Source: Eledone cirrhosa
Taxonomy: Eukaryota
NCBI GenBank assembly: GCA_964016885.1
Contig: OZ024755.1
Coordinates: 34,286,001-34,350,000, forward strand
Direction of reading: 5' to 3'
DNA: 64,000 nucleotides
The notes beneath the pieces were generated by a model that saw only the letters and a program-made list of their open reading frames with translations, was not told the origin of the DNA and did no database searches. Shown one piece after another: positions 14,395 to 27,142 of the stretch (its first letter is position 1; every line of letters starts with the position of its first letter). The translations under genes were made by a program, and so were the position numbers.

Positions 14395-14845
14395 ATACCT
14401 GTTATATGATGCCTGTGTGAGATGCGCGATTCTGCATGGTAGTGAACATGGGCAGCAACTGCAGAGGATATGCAATGGCTGGAGAGAAATGAAACAAGCT
14501 TGCTCTGTTGGATGTGCAATGTCAATGTGCGTGAACGACCAAGTATAGACAAGTTGAGAGAGAAACTGTATAAGAGGGATAAGCTATGTGCAGGAGAGAA
14601 GACTGCATTGGTATGGACATGTGATGTGCATGGAGGATGACCGCTGGGTAAAGAAGTGCCAAGAAACCCCAGTAGAAGGAAGACACAGTAGAGGAAGACC
14701 TCGAAAAACATGGACAGAGGTGGTGAGAGCTGATCTCAGATTACTGAAGCTCACGGACGAGATGACAAAGGACCATGACGAATGGAGAGATGTTGTGCTG
14801 AATAGGACCATCCCACCCTTGCAAGCAGGGAAAAGCGGACATATA

Positions 14846-14880
<35 letters not shown>
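14395..14880 (+). mobile_element. RTE-LINE 3' fragment (short-UTR subfamily)
   Basis: QERRLHWYGHVMCMEDDRWVKKCQ...RGRPRKTW is a typical RTE C-terminus; ends cccttgcaagcaggg...(gat)n. Confidence 0.9.
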
Positions 14881-15353
14881 TCAAACCTGGGGTGCAGGAT
14901 CCATTCAGATGATGCAGTTTCAATATGCTTTTTTGTTGCTATTTCATTTCACATATGTTACAAATACTCTTGGGAAAGTTACAGACACTCCAATGTTTTA
15001 CTCCATTCCCTCTTCTCATTAGTCTCAATGGACTGCATTTATCTCTTGTTGATGGAAATTTTGAACTTTTTAAAAATGAAGCATTTAGCAATATTTATTG
15101 CAACAGTGGTTAGAATGAATAAATAATTGGCTTCTTTTTTTAATTAGATAATTAGATTTTTGGTGTTACTTGTTGAAATTTGTGAAATTCGTTTGAATAA
15201 TGGATTTAGAAATGGTTGAAACAGAATTGTGCTATGCACACTTCTGTTGGTTTCTTGGCCCATTAAAAAAAGCTTGAAACTAGCTATGTAACACTACAAG
15301 GTAATACAATATTAGTTAAATTTAACAGTGATACTATTAGTCTAAAGCCTGTC

Positions 15354-15561
15354 TCAACCCTTTACCATTTACATTACTCTATATATACTATTCGATTTTC
15401 ACAGTAAAGGCTTTATCTCACATAATATCTAATCTATGAGATTTGATATTTATTTTGAGAACAATACCTTAACATCAGTATGAGTGGCTGGTTACAGCCA
15501 GTTTGAACAGAAAGAGGTGAAAGAATTATGGATACAGCCAGTTTAAATGTTAGAGGGTTAA
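15354..15561. mobile_element. piggyBac-type MITE (~210 bp)
   Basis: (T)CAA-CCCTTTACCATTTA...TAAATGTTAGAGGG-TTAA; TIRs start with CCC and the target is TTAA. Confidence 0.8.
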
Positions 15562-15574
15562 GCTTGAAGGCTCA

Positions 15575-15820
15575 TTAGGCCGGTGTTTATCCTATTTTCA
15601 TGACGGGAAGAGACTGAAATCACATGTGACTGGCCCCTGGAGAGGATGCCAGGCCATCACAGGCTTAAACCCCTAACTATTGCTGGTACTCATTTTCAGC
15701 TGAGTATACTTGAGCAATGTGAAATCAGGTGTTTTGCTCAAGAACACAACACATAACCCAACCCAGGAATCGAACATTATGATCGTAACTCCAACACCCT
15801 TACCACTAGGCCACATGCTT
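15575..15820 (-). mobile_element. CORE-type SINE B copy
   Basis: cagctgagta...gtttgctcaagaacac...ggaatcgaac...ccactaggccacatgc (reverse-complement A/B boxes). Confidence 0.7.
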
Positions 15821-15971
15821 TAGACAATAGATTATGTAAGTCTACCACTTCATCATCACACAGGATTTCACAAAGCCGGTGATATGCACACTTTGGAACA
15901 TGAGATGTTGTGTGGCCAAAATTCAGTCAATAGGGTACTATATATATATATACACATATATATATATATAC

Positions 15972-16007
<36 letters not shown>

Positions 16008-16289
16008 GTTTTGCAATCCTAGAAACATCACTGATGATGTCACAGTTGTGTGACAAAAATACTCTATATTTATATATTTCAACAGTTGGTCAATCAATGA
16101 TAAACATTGATTGCCGACTGAATTATTTATAGAAATATAAAGATATACTGAAGCGAAGACCAAACCAAACAGTGAGTATGTTTTACTATATTATTCTGGC
16201 AATAATATAACATTATCCTCACCAAATATAACAATATATAAATATATATATACATACAAACACATGCACACACACATATATATATATAT

Positions 16290-16859
16290 ATAGAAGTGGT
16301 TACACAACAGTAAGTTGACCATACCGAGAACAATTGTTTCACCTTCGCGGATCTTCAGCTCGGGATGTGTATGTTTATAGGAACAGGAAGGACAACCGTA
16401 CGAATGCGCATGCGCAGAAACTCGGTCACTTCACACAGGCAATACTAGACTGTGTGCGGGAGGTGTAAGGGAGATAACTGCGAAAGGCCGGAAAGTTTTT
16501 AGGTTGAAATTAAAATAAAAAAATTATAAATAAAATTACAAAGAATCAGTCCAGAGCCTTGTAGTTATGCAATAGATGTTTGGTGACGTGTGGACAACGT
16601 GTGAAAAATTCACTTCTCGCGTTTAGGCAATCACTATTGCGTAATCTCTTTAGGATAGTTATTCCTTCGTCAATACATAAGCCACACGTTGGATTTCCCC
16701 TTGTGTAAAAAACTTTCCGGACTTTCGCAGTTATCTCCCTTACACCTCCCGCACACAGTCTAGTACTGCCTGTGTGAAGTGACTGAGTTTCTGCGCATGC
16801 GCATTCGTATGGTTGTCCTTCCTGTTCCTATAACCATACACATCCCGAGCTGAAGATCC
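16290..16859. mobile_element. Fold-back Penelope-like pLTR element (~152-bp arms at 16349-16501 and 16706-16859)
   Basis: Near-perfect inverted arms; the left arm runs into a hammerhead and a (TA)n tract, the right arm is cut at CTGAAGATCC by a SINE. Confidence 0.7.
16324..16363 (-). ncRNA. Minimal type I hammerhead ribozyme motif (Penelope-like)
   Basis: Minus strand reads CCGAG-CUGAAGA-UCC GCGAA GGU-GAAAC AAUU GUU/CUCGG. Core and stem I (5 bp) are complete; stem III is the palindrome AACAAUUGUU. Confidence 0.8.
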
Positions 16860-17151
16860 TTGGCGGGATTTGAACTCAGATCGTAAAGGGAGGTAACTCT
16901 ATGCTTCAAAGCATGGCGTCCGACCCTCTACCGATACTGCCAATCCACCGCCCTTTATAAATAATTGTTTCTACTTTTGGCACAAGGCCAGCAATTACTC
17001 AGTGTATTACTGGTACTTTATTCTATCGACCCCGTAAGGATGAAAGGCAAAGTTAACCTCGGCGGGATTTGAACTCAGAATGGAAAGGGCCGTAACTCTG
17101 CGTCAAAGCATGGCGTCCGACCCTCTACCGATACTGCCAATCCACCGCCCT
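16860..17151 (-). mobile_element. SINE A head plus one full SINE A in tandem
   Basis: Family consensus; both end ...ccaccgccctttataaata. Confidence 0.9.
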
Positions 17152-17821
17152 TTATAAATAATGTTTCGTATCAATGATTCTTCATAGCTTACAAACTTAC
17201 CCAAATTTGGATAATTTAGTAAAATGTATAAGTTCATGTGCCATAGAAAGACATAAATACGGAGGTTTTGAGAAAAATCAACACATTAAAAAGAGTTTTC
17301 TCTCAATAGACAGAAGGACTTTGTTAAAGTGTTGGTACCAATGATTCTTCATAGCTTACAAACTTACCGAAATTTGGAAACTTTACACATAAAAACACTT
17401 GTCTCTTGACTAAGAGCCAACTAGTGCTCTATACATAAAATTGTTATACAAGAAATGTGGTGAAAAGAAAATCATGAAATAACTTAATTAGATCGGGAAT
17501 CGTAAAGTCATACTTTAGAAATGAAATTAGCTGAGATAAGAATAAATCCATAAATGCTATCATGAAGATTTGTCCGAACCACGATGATATAGAGAAAGAG
17601 ACAGTAAACTTTCTTTAAGATTCACAATCTTTAATTACTTCTTCGAAAATGTAAGGATTGAGAGTAGTAAAGATATATGGGATATGGAGAAAAATGAGAA
17701 GATGTGCTGAGGGTTAATGATGCTGAACATCTTAGAAAGGAAAGGATAAAGTAACATGCAAGCAATGAACCACATCAGACTAGTAAGGAAAGGAAGCAAC
17801 GGAAAATAAGACTATACAGTA

Positions 17822-18365
17822 GTGATGATGAGGACCAGGTGGGGGCAGGGGGGGGGTGATGATGATGGTGGTGATGATGGTGATGGTGATGATGATGGTG
17901 ATGGTGGTGATAATGGTGATGATGATGATGGTGATGATGATGATGGTGATGATGATGATGGTGGTGATGATGATGGTGGTGGTGGTGGTGATGGTGATGA
18001 TAATGGTGATGATGATGATGGTGATGATGATGGTGGTGGTGGTGATGGTGGTGATGACGGTGATACTGGTGATGATGATGATGGTGGTGGTGATGATAGT
18101 GGTGATGATGATGATGGTGGTGGTGGTGGTGGTGGTGATGATGATGATGGTGGTGGTGGTGGTGGTGGTGGTGATGATGGTGATGATGATGATGATGGTG
18201 AAAATGATGGATGATGATGGTGATGGTGAAAATGATGGTGGTGGTGATGGTGACGATGGTGATGGTGGTGATGATGATGGTGATGATGATAGTGATGATG
18301 ATGATGATGATGATGGTGATGATGGTGATGATGATGATGACAACGATGGTGATGACTATTATCAT
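17822..18365. repeat. (GAT)n/(GGT)n tract
   Basis: Seen directly; the poly-H/D/G ORFs are artefacts. Confidence 0.95.
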
Positions 18366-18862
18366 CAACAGCAGCAGTTGCAGCAGCTGCAGCATCCTAA
18401 CTTAACAAAATTACGATCAAAAGTGTTTTAGATAAATATAAACAAACACCTTAACCCTTTACCATTTACATTACTCTATATCTACTATTGCATTTTTGTG
18501 GTAAAGGCTTAATCTCACACTGGCAGAATGGCCCGGCGTTGCTCGGGATTTGCTCTAGGGTTCTTATATATCTGATATATATTTATCCTTCTCGAGCCTC
18601 GTGAAGTAAATATGTTTGTTTATATTTTGCTATTGTGTATGCAAAAATATCTGTACACGAATATATAAATAACATTACAGAGAAGTACGGAATACCTCGG
18701 CCTCGGGTTGGTGACGACATTTTGTGCTTATAAAAAAAGTTTGTCGTACATTACCAGGGTTTTTTTCCGTTCGAAGAAAATCGATACTTTATCTCGAAAT
18801 AAATACTTTTGTTTATATGTGTATGCAAAAATATCTGTACACGAATATATAATTATACATAA

Positions 18863-18903
<41 letters not shown>

Positions 18904-18914
18904 TAACAGATTAA

Positions 18915-18965
18915 AGTTTAAGCAAACAATTGCTGCTTTCACCCTTAACGGGATCTTCTGAAACT
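18915..18965 (-). ncRNA. Hammerhead motif with core mutation (CAGAAGA)
   Basis: AGUUU-CAGAAGA-UCCC GUUAA GGGU-GAAA GCAGCAAUUGUUUGC UU/AAACU; same family as 42390-42436. Confidence 0.65.
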
Positions 18966-19014
18966 AAAATAATAAATCTGTGAACGCAGAAGTAAATATT
19001 TCGAAAAACGTTAC

Positions 19015-19310
19015 ACACTATATATAGATATATATAGATATATATATACCAATATATATAGATATATATATAGTAATATATATAGATATATATATAGTAA
19101 TATATATAGATATATATATAGTAATATATATAGATATATATATAGTAATATATATAGATATATATATAGTAATATATATAGATATATATATAGTAATATA
19201 TATAGATATATATATAGTAATATATATAGATATATATATCTATAGATATATATATATTAATATATATAGATATATATATTGTAATATATATAGATATATA
19301 TATAGTAATA
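19015..19310. repeat. TA-rich 21-bp minisatellite (tagtaatatatatagatatatata-like)
   Basis: Seen directly. Confidence 0.9.
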
Positions 19311-19925
19311 TACGTGAACGACAAAGCATAAATGAATTGAGAGAGAGACTGAGCATAAGAGGAATCAAATGCTGTGTGCAGGAGAGGCGGTTGCGCTGGT
19401 ATGGACATGTGATGCGTATGAAGGATGACAGCTGCATAAAAAGGTGCAGAGCACTAGAAGTTGATGGAAACCGCGGGGTGGGGAGACCCAAGATGACCTG
19501 GGATGAGGTGATAAAAGCCGACCTTACCCAATTACACCTCTCAAAGGCAATGACACACGACCACGACTTCTGGCGTCATGCAGTAATACAGAGTACCCGA
19601 CCTCCCATGGGTACAAGCTGAAGCATATAGACAATATGCCCCCACACCCCCCACCGCAAGGTGGTCGTGGAGGTGCCACGGCAAAAAAGCACCCAGCCCA
19701 CACTGTAAAGTGGACGCGTAGGCGCCACGGAAAAAGCACCCATCACTCACTGTAAATGAGGTTGGTGTTAGGAAGGGCATCCAGCTGTAGAAATCAAGTC
19801 AAATCAGTTCCTGTATGAGCAAGGCATGGTCAGCCGACCAGACACTGCCCACAACAGGACAACCCGTTTAACCCATGCTAGCGTGGAAGAACGGACGTAA
19901 AACGGTCATGATGGTGATGATGATA
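19305..19925 (+). mobile_element. RTE-LINE 3' fragment with long 3' UTR
   Basis: ORF 19337-19621 [14 protein letters not shown]...GRPKMTW; UTR with internal ~48-bp repeats and a (GAT) tail. Confidence 0.9.
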
Positions 19926-20498
19926 CACACACTGCGTCATAATGACGTAATGCAGACAGCCAGGCATACAGACAGATATTATAAGGGTGCAACATTATAT
20001 CTATGTATCTATCTAAAAAGAGAATTATAGAGAGAGATCGCTAAATCGCCTAATGCGGTCCCTAGGGCATTGAAAATTTGGATTTTATTTTTGCTTAAAA
20101 CACTCACCGGACCATAAGTATTACATGTGCAAAGTTTGAAAAAACTTGGTTGGGTGGTTCTGGAGTTTTAGTGATTGGACAGACAGACAGACAAACAGAC
20201 ATTCTCTGTTTTAGTAATATAGATAATATTGAATCTATGATATTTTGATATTATTTATTTTGAGAACAATGCCTTAACATAAATATGAGCAGCTGATTAC
20301 AGCCTGTTCGAACAGAAAGAAGTAAGAATTCTGGCTGGATACGGCCAGTTTAAATGCTAAAGGGTTAAAAAATGGCTTTGTATTGTAGAGCCAGATGTGG
20401 TTTTAGTTACTTTGGTATGAAAAGTGTTAAAGTGAACAATAAAACTACAGCAAGCAACACGAACACCAGTGGCAGTAGTGCTGACAATAATAATATTA

Positions 20499-21031
20499 TT
20501 AACCTTTCAGCATTTACATTACTCTATATATTGTATTTTTGTGGTAAAGGCTTTACTTCACATAATTATCTCACATAATATCGAATGTACGAGATTTTGA
20601 TAATATTTATTTTGAGAGCAATACCTTAACATCAGTATGAGCAGCTGGTTGCAACAGGTTTGAACAGAAAGTTGTGAGAGAATTCAGACTAGATACAGCC
20701 AGTTTAACCCTTCAGCATTTGCATTATTCTATATCTACTATTGTAAATCCCGCCGAGGTTGACTTTCCTTTCATCCTTACGGGGTCGATAAAATAAAGTA
20801 CCAGTCATGTACTGGGTAATTGCTGGCCTTGTGCCTAAAGTAGAAACAATTATTCTATATCTACTATTGTATTTAGCTTTATGTCACATAATATTAAATT
20901 TATGAGATTTTGATGTTATTTTGAGAACAATACCTTAACATCAGTATGAGCATCTGGTTACGACAGGCTTGAACAGAAAGAGTTGAGAGAATTCAGTTCA
21001 GATATGGCTGGTTTAAATACTAAAGGGTTAA
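20499..21031. mobile_element. Two tandem piggyBac-type MITEs, the second with a SINE A insertion
   Basis: TTAACC..CAGCATTT starts at ~20499 and ~20704; ends AAAGGGTTAA at 21031; SINE at ~20745-20850. Confidence 0.8.
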
Positions 21032-21252
21032 TAGTAAAAAAGAAGAGTGAATTGGCAAAATTGGGAGACCATTGGCCCAAATGTCTTGCACTATTTGTGT
21101 TCCTTTACAATGTGGGTTTCAATCTTAACCTTTCATCCTTTTGGGCTCAACAAAATATAATACCAGTTAACATTTGAGGTCTTCTATACATTTGAAGTCT
21201 TGTATATAATGATGTTAATCAAAGTTGATGCTAGTAATGGATATGAGGATAA

Positions 21253-21435
21253 TAATTGTTTCTACTTTTGGCACAAGGCCAGCAATGACCCCAGTGCATT
21301 ACTGGTACTTTATGTTATCGACCCCGTAAGGATGAAAGGCAAAGTTAACCTCGGCAGGATTTGAACTCAGTCTGTAAAGGGACGTGACTCTATGCTGGAA
21401 AGCATGGGGTCTGACCCTCTACTGATACTGCCAGT
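21253..21435 (-). mobile_element. SINE A
   Basis: Family consensus. Confidence 0.9.
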
Positions 21436-22279
21436 TAACCCCTAAAAGGAGAAAATCTATGATCTAAATAATTCCATCTGTGGCTACTCTGTGACTTCTG
21501 TTTTTTAAGAACAATAAATAATTTAAAGAATATTATGGTGCTACTTCTAGCAATATAAATGACCATGCAGAGGCATCCTCATTGGCTCAACAGATTATGA
21601 TGTTAATGATGGTGAGGATAATGAAGACGCTAGAAATGATAATTATGATGATGTTTATGATAGTGATGGTGATGGTGATGGCTTCAACGATGATGGTTGA
21701 AATTACAAAAACCATGTTTAAAGGCTATCACACTATTTGGCAGTTCATTAATTAATACATTACAGAATGATTAATACATTTAAAGACACAGCTGATGGCC
21801 AGATCATTAACATCCCTTTGCTAATGAATTATTGCTAATGAATTTACAGCATTGTTTACAGAGCACTGCTCTAAAATGTATTTACCATACCTTCATTTTC
21901 CTTTGTTTTCCTTTACTGAACTTCATTTTATGGTCTCTTTTCTCTCAAAAATCTTCCAATGCCTCCCACCACCACTTTCCTCCCTACTCCACCCCCTTCT
22001 TTAATTTCTTTCTTGTCCATCTCCTCCTATTCATTATCATCACTGTTACTAGTTTGTCAACACTGCCATTACAGATTGATGATTAAGTATGTAGAGGCTG
22101 GGTGGATATAATGACTTTGTTTTGTTTGGGGAGATTGTTGTTGTTGTTGTTTTGTTACTTCTGTGTTTGGCCAAGGAGTAAGTTGTTCAATTCAAACATG
22201 CAGAGATCGCATACCTGTCTATGGCTCTCATTTCATATTGTTGTTGTTGTTGTAGTTATTACAATTGATGACAGCAATG

Positions 22280-22722
22280 ACTATAGTTATAATTGTTACC
22301 ACTTTTGGCACAAGACCAGTGTATTACTGGTACTTTATTTTATTTTATCGACCCCCCTTAAGGATGAAAGGCAAAGTGAACCTCGGTGAGATTAGATGAC
22401 TATAGTTATAATTGTTTCTACTGTAGGCACAAGGCCAGCAATTATCCTAGTGTATTACTGGTACTTTATTTTATCGACCCCGTAAGGATGAAAGGCAAAG
22501 TTAACCTCGACGGGATTTGAACTCAGACCGTAAAGGAACATAACTATGCTGGAAAGCAAGGCATCCGACCCTCTACCGATACTGCTAATCCACCGCCCTA
22601 TAGTTATAATTGTTACCACTTTTGGCACAAGACCAGTGTATTACTGGTACTTTATTTTATTTTATCGACCCCCCGTAAGGATGAAAGGCAAAATGAACAA
22701 AATTAGACGACTATAGTTATAA
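22280..22722 (-). mobile_element. SINE A copies with duplicated flanks
   Basis: A full copy at ~22410-22598 lies between two near-identical partial copies, each flanked by ctatagttataat. Confidence 0.85.
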
Positions 22723-22774
22723 TGAATGGAATTGAACACAAATGATAAAAATGGTGATGCATAACTATTGCGTA

Positions 22775-23065
22775 TGTCACATGACAGAGCTGGCCAGCCG
22801 GAGGTGTGACTCTCACGAGTTGGAATGGCTCTTCCAGCACATCTCCCTCGCCATCCTCCAGGGAAACGCCTTCTCCATTCTGTCCGCTGGGGCTGTGGGG
22901 AGGCCAGCATGTAGAACCCCATTTGCTCACCATACAGAGAGATGGGGAGGGCTAGAGAGATGGAGGCGATGACAGTGGGAGTTCGGCTCTTCCACGTTCG
23001 GACCATATCCTTGTGGTTGTGATCATTATCTATACAGTCCACGCCCAATTCTAACCCTAACCCCT
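22775..23065 (+). mobile_element. 3' end of a CRE-clade (restriction-like endonuclease) non-LTR retrotransposon
   Basis: GC-rich island translating ...ELEWLFQHISLAILQGNAFSIL, matching the CRE C-terminal QRxSxAxQRGNA motif as I recall it; ends at ctaaccctaacccc. Confidence 0.6.
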
Positions 23066-23309
23066 CATATCAACCTGTATTTATGCAACGTATCTGGTGA
23101 ATCAGCCGGGATATTTTGGTTTTCTTATTTCGCGCTCTGTTGTCAAAGTTTAGACTCAACAACACACTAACTTTGCCTTTCATCCTGGTCGATGAAATAA
23201 AGTACCAGTAATGCACTGGGGTAATTGCTGGCCTTGTGCCAAAAGTAGAAACAGTTATAACAGAAGAAAGCACGCACCTACGCAAGACCCACATATATCA
23301 ATAGACAAC

Positions 23310-23520
23310 TTAGGTAACACGGTAAAAAGTTCCCAGTTCCACACTGTAAATGTGGTTGGTGTTAGGAAGGGCATCCAGCTGTAGAAAACCTGCCAGATAG
23401 TCCTATATGAGCGAGACACTGTCACCCAACCAACTTTGCCTCAAGTGGGACAACTCCTGTCTAACCCATGCTAGCGTGGAAAATGGACGTTAAACGAAGA
23501 TGATGATGATGATGATGATG
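23310..23520 (+). mobile_element. RTE-LINE 3' tail
   Basis: Matches 30670-30875. Confidence 0.85.
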
Positions 23521-23939
23521 AATTAACAGCACTCTTCCAAGTGACTGTTATGTGTATTCTACCACTCAAAGGCCATGGTCAGTATTGTCACTTTCTGAAG
23601 TCTACAAGCCTAATAGCCAATAAGTTCTAGAGTTGATTTACCCATCTTTAGGTGTGAGACAAGGAGAATTGTAACACACTGTCTCAAATAATATTGAGGC
23701 TTCTACTATTTCTGCCAGAATTTATTATTTGAGTTATCCTCTGATCATCTGAAGGTTTTCTCTGGGTCATTTTTGATTATTTCAATTCAGAAAAATCAGA
23801 AAAGTGTACATTGTAGATCATATAAAACTAGATATTTGATTGACCAGAAGTTTGCTATGGATTTGTTTATTAAAACTAGATCACTTATCAGCAAAATATA
23901 TTTGCTAGATGTGCAGTGTGACCCTTGAGGATGATGTCA

Positions 23940-24280
23940 GCTTAACTGAGCTCCTGAAAAGACCGCTGATCGTCAAACTCGAGGATGTGCTTAACACAAG
24001 AAACATGTGCTGGTATGGCCAAGTCGAGTGCAGTGAATGCTAGATCAGTAAAGTGATGAATGTCGATCCAGGAGGCAGTAGAGGCCCAGGAATACCAAAA
24101 AGGACTCGGATGGAGGATGTTCGTTGGGATCAAGGTAGGCTTAGCCTGGCCCAAGTGAGACCGGTGGACAGAAATACATGGAGCAGGACGCTAAGGAGCA
24201 CTGTCAGGCAGGACCCACTCCTACTTAGAGGTTAATTGTGTCCTGCATAATCAAAAATTGGATGTTGATGATGATGATGG
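23940..24280 (+). mobile_element. Decayed RTE-LINE 3' end (another family)
   Basis: tgctggtatggccaagtc (WYG.V), GSRGPGIPKRTRMEDV, (GAT) tail. Confidence 0.55.
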
Positions 24281-24299
24281 GAGTACTATAATATTCTAT

Positions 24300-24525
24300 C
24301 TATCTATCTAAGGCGGGTAAAATTCCCGAGATCCATGGACGAGTTCTCTCCAGCGGTCTGTCTCTGTCCCTCATTATCGCTGCCATGTCCTGCATCTCCA
24401 ACAGACCAGTGTCTGTCCTTAGGGCATCAACATACATTAACCTTGGTCTTCCTCTTCTAGTGTGTCCATGTAGGGGCTCCCAAAGGAGCACTGAGTGCAA
24501 TGTCAACTCTGGATATCGGTGAGTA
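24300..24525 (-). mobile_element. RTE-LINE 3' end (another family)
   Basis: VLLWEPLHGHTRRGRPRLMYVDALRTDTG...MRDR. Confidence 0.7.
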
Positions 24526-25436
24526 TATAATATTAGGGCTGATAATTTAGCTGCTTATATTTAATAGGCGACGAATTGGCAGAATCATTAGAACATTGGA
24601 AAGAATGCTTTATGGTATTCATTCTGGCTTTCTGCTCTCTGAGTTCAAATCCCACCGAGGTCAAATTTGCCTTTCATCCTTTTGAGGTTGATAAAATAAG
24701 AACCAGTCTAGTACTGGGGTCGATTCTTCTCTTTCTCATTTCCTCTCTCTCACTTTCTATCTTTCTCTGGAAGAAATCTGCTCTACTCAGGCCTGGACTA
24801 AAAACGTCCAAGAAACACTGTATGTCAATACAGCACCCCTACGACTCTATCTGGAGTTACGGGACCATACATCATCATCATCATTTTACGTCCGCTTTTC
24901 CCTGCTTGCAAGGGTGGGACGGGTCTTATTCAGCACAGCATCTCTCCACTCGTCACGGTCCCTCGTCATCTCCACCGTGAGCTTCAATGATCTGAGGTCT
25001 GTTCTCACCATATATATATATATTTAAATCTTGCAAGTATAGAAAAATAACAATTTGAAGATATAGTGAGTAATTCTTCATCAGAATTTGGTTGAATATT
25101 CCATACAAAAGAGCGTTCCAAATTATAATTTTTTTACAATTTATTTTTTACTCATTTCCTCAGGTTTTATTTGATTAGTGGAATAACTTTTACTAAGGTT
25201 ATTCCTTTCATAAACCTCTGGAATCTACTTTGACTCCAATTTCTAAGGTTCTGAGTAGATGAGACAATTCCTTCTCTTGGAAGGAAATCACTCTCATTTA
25301 GATAAATTTCCATTGGGAATAAATGAAATCAGCACAACAAAGCAGTCATCACTAGCACAGTACTGCTTCTCCCTGAACAATATCCACCATATAATATCTA
25401 TTTAGAGCCGATATTCTTAGAACTACTGCTATATAA

Positions 25437-25862
25437 TAATGGTTTCTTATTTAGGCACAAGGCCAGCAATTTTGACAGAGGGGAAAATCGACCCCAGAGC
25501 GTGACTGGTACTTTATTTTATCGACCTCGTAAGGATGAAAGGCAAAGTTAACCTAGGCGGGATTTGAACTCAGATCATAAAGGGCCGTAACTCTATGCTG
25601 TAAAGCATGGCGTCTGACCCTCCACCAATACTGCCAATCCACCGCCCTACTACTGCTATATAATAATAATTGTTTCTACTATAGGCACAAGACCAGCAAT
25701 TTTGGGGGAAGGGAAAGTCGATTAAATCGACCCCAGTGCATGACTGGTACTTTATTTTACCAACCACATAAAGGATGGAAGGCAAAGCTAACCTTGTCAG
25801 GATTTGAACTCAGAATGTAAAGGACCATAACTCTATGCTGCAAAGCAACTGATTCTGCCAAA
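25437..25862 (-). mobile_element. Two SINE A copies; the first has a 17-bp TSD
   Basis: tactgctatataataat at 25424-25440 and 25651-25667. Confidence 0.9.
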
Positions 25863-26035
25863 TTATAATGAAAATTATTGTGTACAGTGCTCAGGTGCAC
25901 TACAACTCATCAAAGGTGCATGTATAGCACATAGAATAATGTACAAATGTCAGGGAAGTGAACAGTGTATGAGTGATGACATATACACAGATACATATGT
26001 GTGTATGGAGGGGGAATATCAGGTGTAGTGTTACC
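25862..26035 (-). mobile_element. CR1/L2-type LINE 3' UTR
   Basis: Reverse complement of the 3' end at ~53950-54110. Confidence 0.75.
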
Positions 26036-26461
26036 TACATACTATTTATCTAAACTGAAACTCTTAGCACATGACAAGTAGCAGTTTACCAATTGTCAAC
26101 CAGTGAATCAGTATTCTAACAGCCAAAAGGTTAAGTGGAACTCTTATACTAAGTTGTAAGATGATATAAATATAAAACATGATTGGTTAATTTTTATTTC
26201 ATCTTTGATTTGGTTACTATTACAAATTTCTGCAATGTTATTTATTTCCATGATTTACTGCTGTTATTTTTATTGAATAAACCAAGTTTATTCAATAAAT
26301 AAATCCATGTCTTAGGTCTAGTGAAGCAGACCTAGGATAGACAAATATCTAATCAAATGTTTGATAGCAGCAGACAAATCGCATAAACAAGAAATATACT
26401 TTTGTTATACTTATGTTTTTATGAGTGTATAGGTGTGTGTGTGTGACTATAAACAAGTGTT

Positions 26462-26640
26462 TTAACCCTTTAGCATTTAAACTGGTTGCATCCGGCCAGA
26501 ATTCTCTCACCTCTTTCTGTTCAAACCGGCCAAAACTGGCAGCTCGTAATTATGTAAAGGCATTTTACTCAAAATAAATAATATCAAAATCTTGTAATTT
26601 CGATATTATGTGAAATATGTGAAATAAAGTGTTTACATTA
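26462..26640. mobile_element. piggyBac-type MITE (partial)
   Basis: TTAACCCTTTAGCATTTAAACTGG start. Confidence 0.8.
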
Positions 26641-27142
26641 TCCAATCTGTCTTTCCATTTTTTTAAGAATGTAAGATTAATTTGAATAAGTTTTGGCTAT
26701 TATTTCTAAGAGGTGAAGTGGCTACTTAGAGGCATCCTCATTGATTTAAAATATGTTAAGTGATGGAATGTATGGAGTGAATTTTCACCAAACCAAATTT
26801 CCACTCTAGTTTCTATATCCCAGTGGATAAACATCTTTTATTTACATCATTATCTCTAATTGAATAAGTCATGAATATGAAAACTGTCTCATTTTCTTAG
26901 AAACCTGGGACTAGAAAGCTATTGCATTTATTTGTAAAAATCTTAACACTGACTAGATTCCTCAAAACACTAACTTTACGAAAAATATCCACACTCATAA
27001 ATAGATTTTATAGGATGAAGGGAGCAGTCCCTTTACCCTTTACGTTATTCTATATATACTATTATATTTTCATGGTAAGGGCTTTACGTTACATCATTAT
27101 CTCATAATATCGAATCTATGAGATTTTGATATTATTTATTTT

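Larger units (their letters stand above)
18520..20223 (-). mobile_element. Non-autonomous Helitron (Lep1/HINE-like) with nested fragments
   Basis: Minus strand starts TC, then (TGTC)n, and ends with hairpin CCCGAGCAACGCCGGG plus CCAG (CTAG-like); inserted between A and T with no TSD. Confidence 0.8.
18451..20368. mobile_element. piggyBac-type MITE split by a Helitron insertion
   Basis: Left part TTAACCCTTTACC... (18451-18519) and right part (20224-20368) ...GCTAAAGGGTTAA join into the family consensus tctcacA|Taatat. Confidence 0.85.

Noticed and set aside
17775-18431. Poly-His/Asp/Gly ORFs (also 9684-10094)
   Set aside because: Pure trinucleotide microsatellite.
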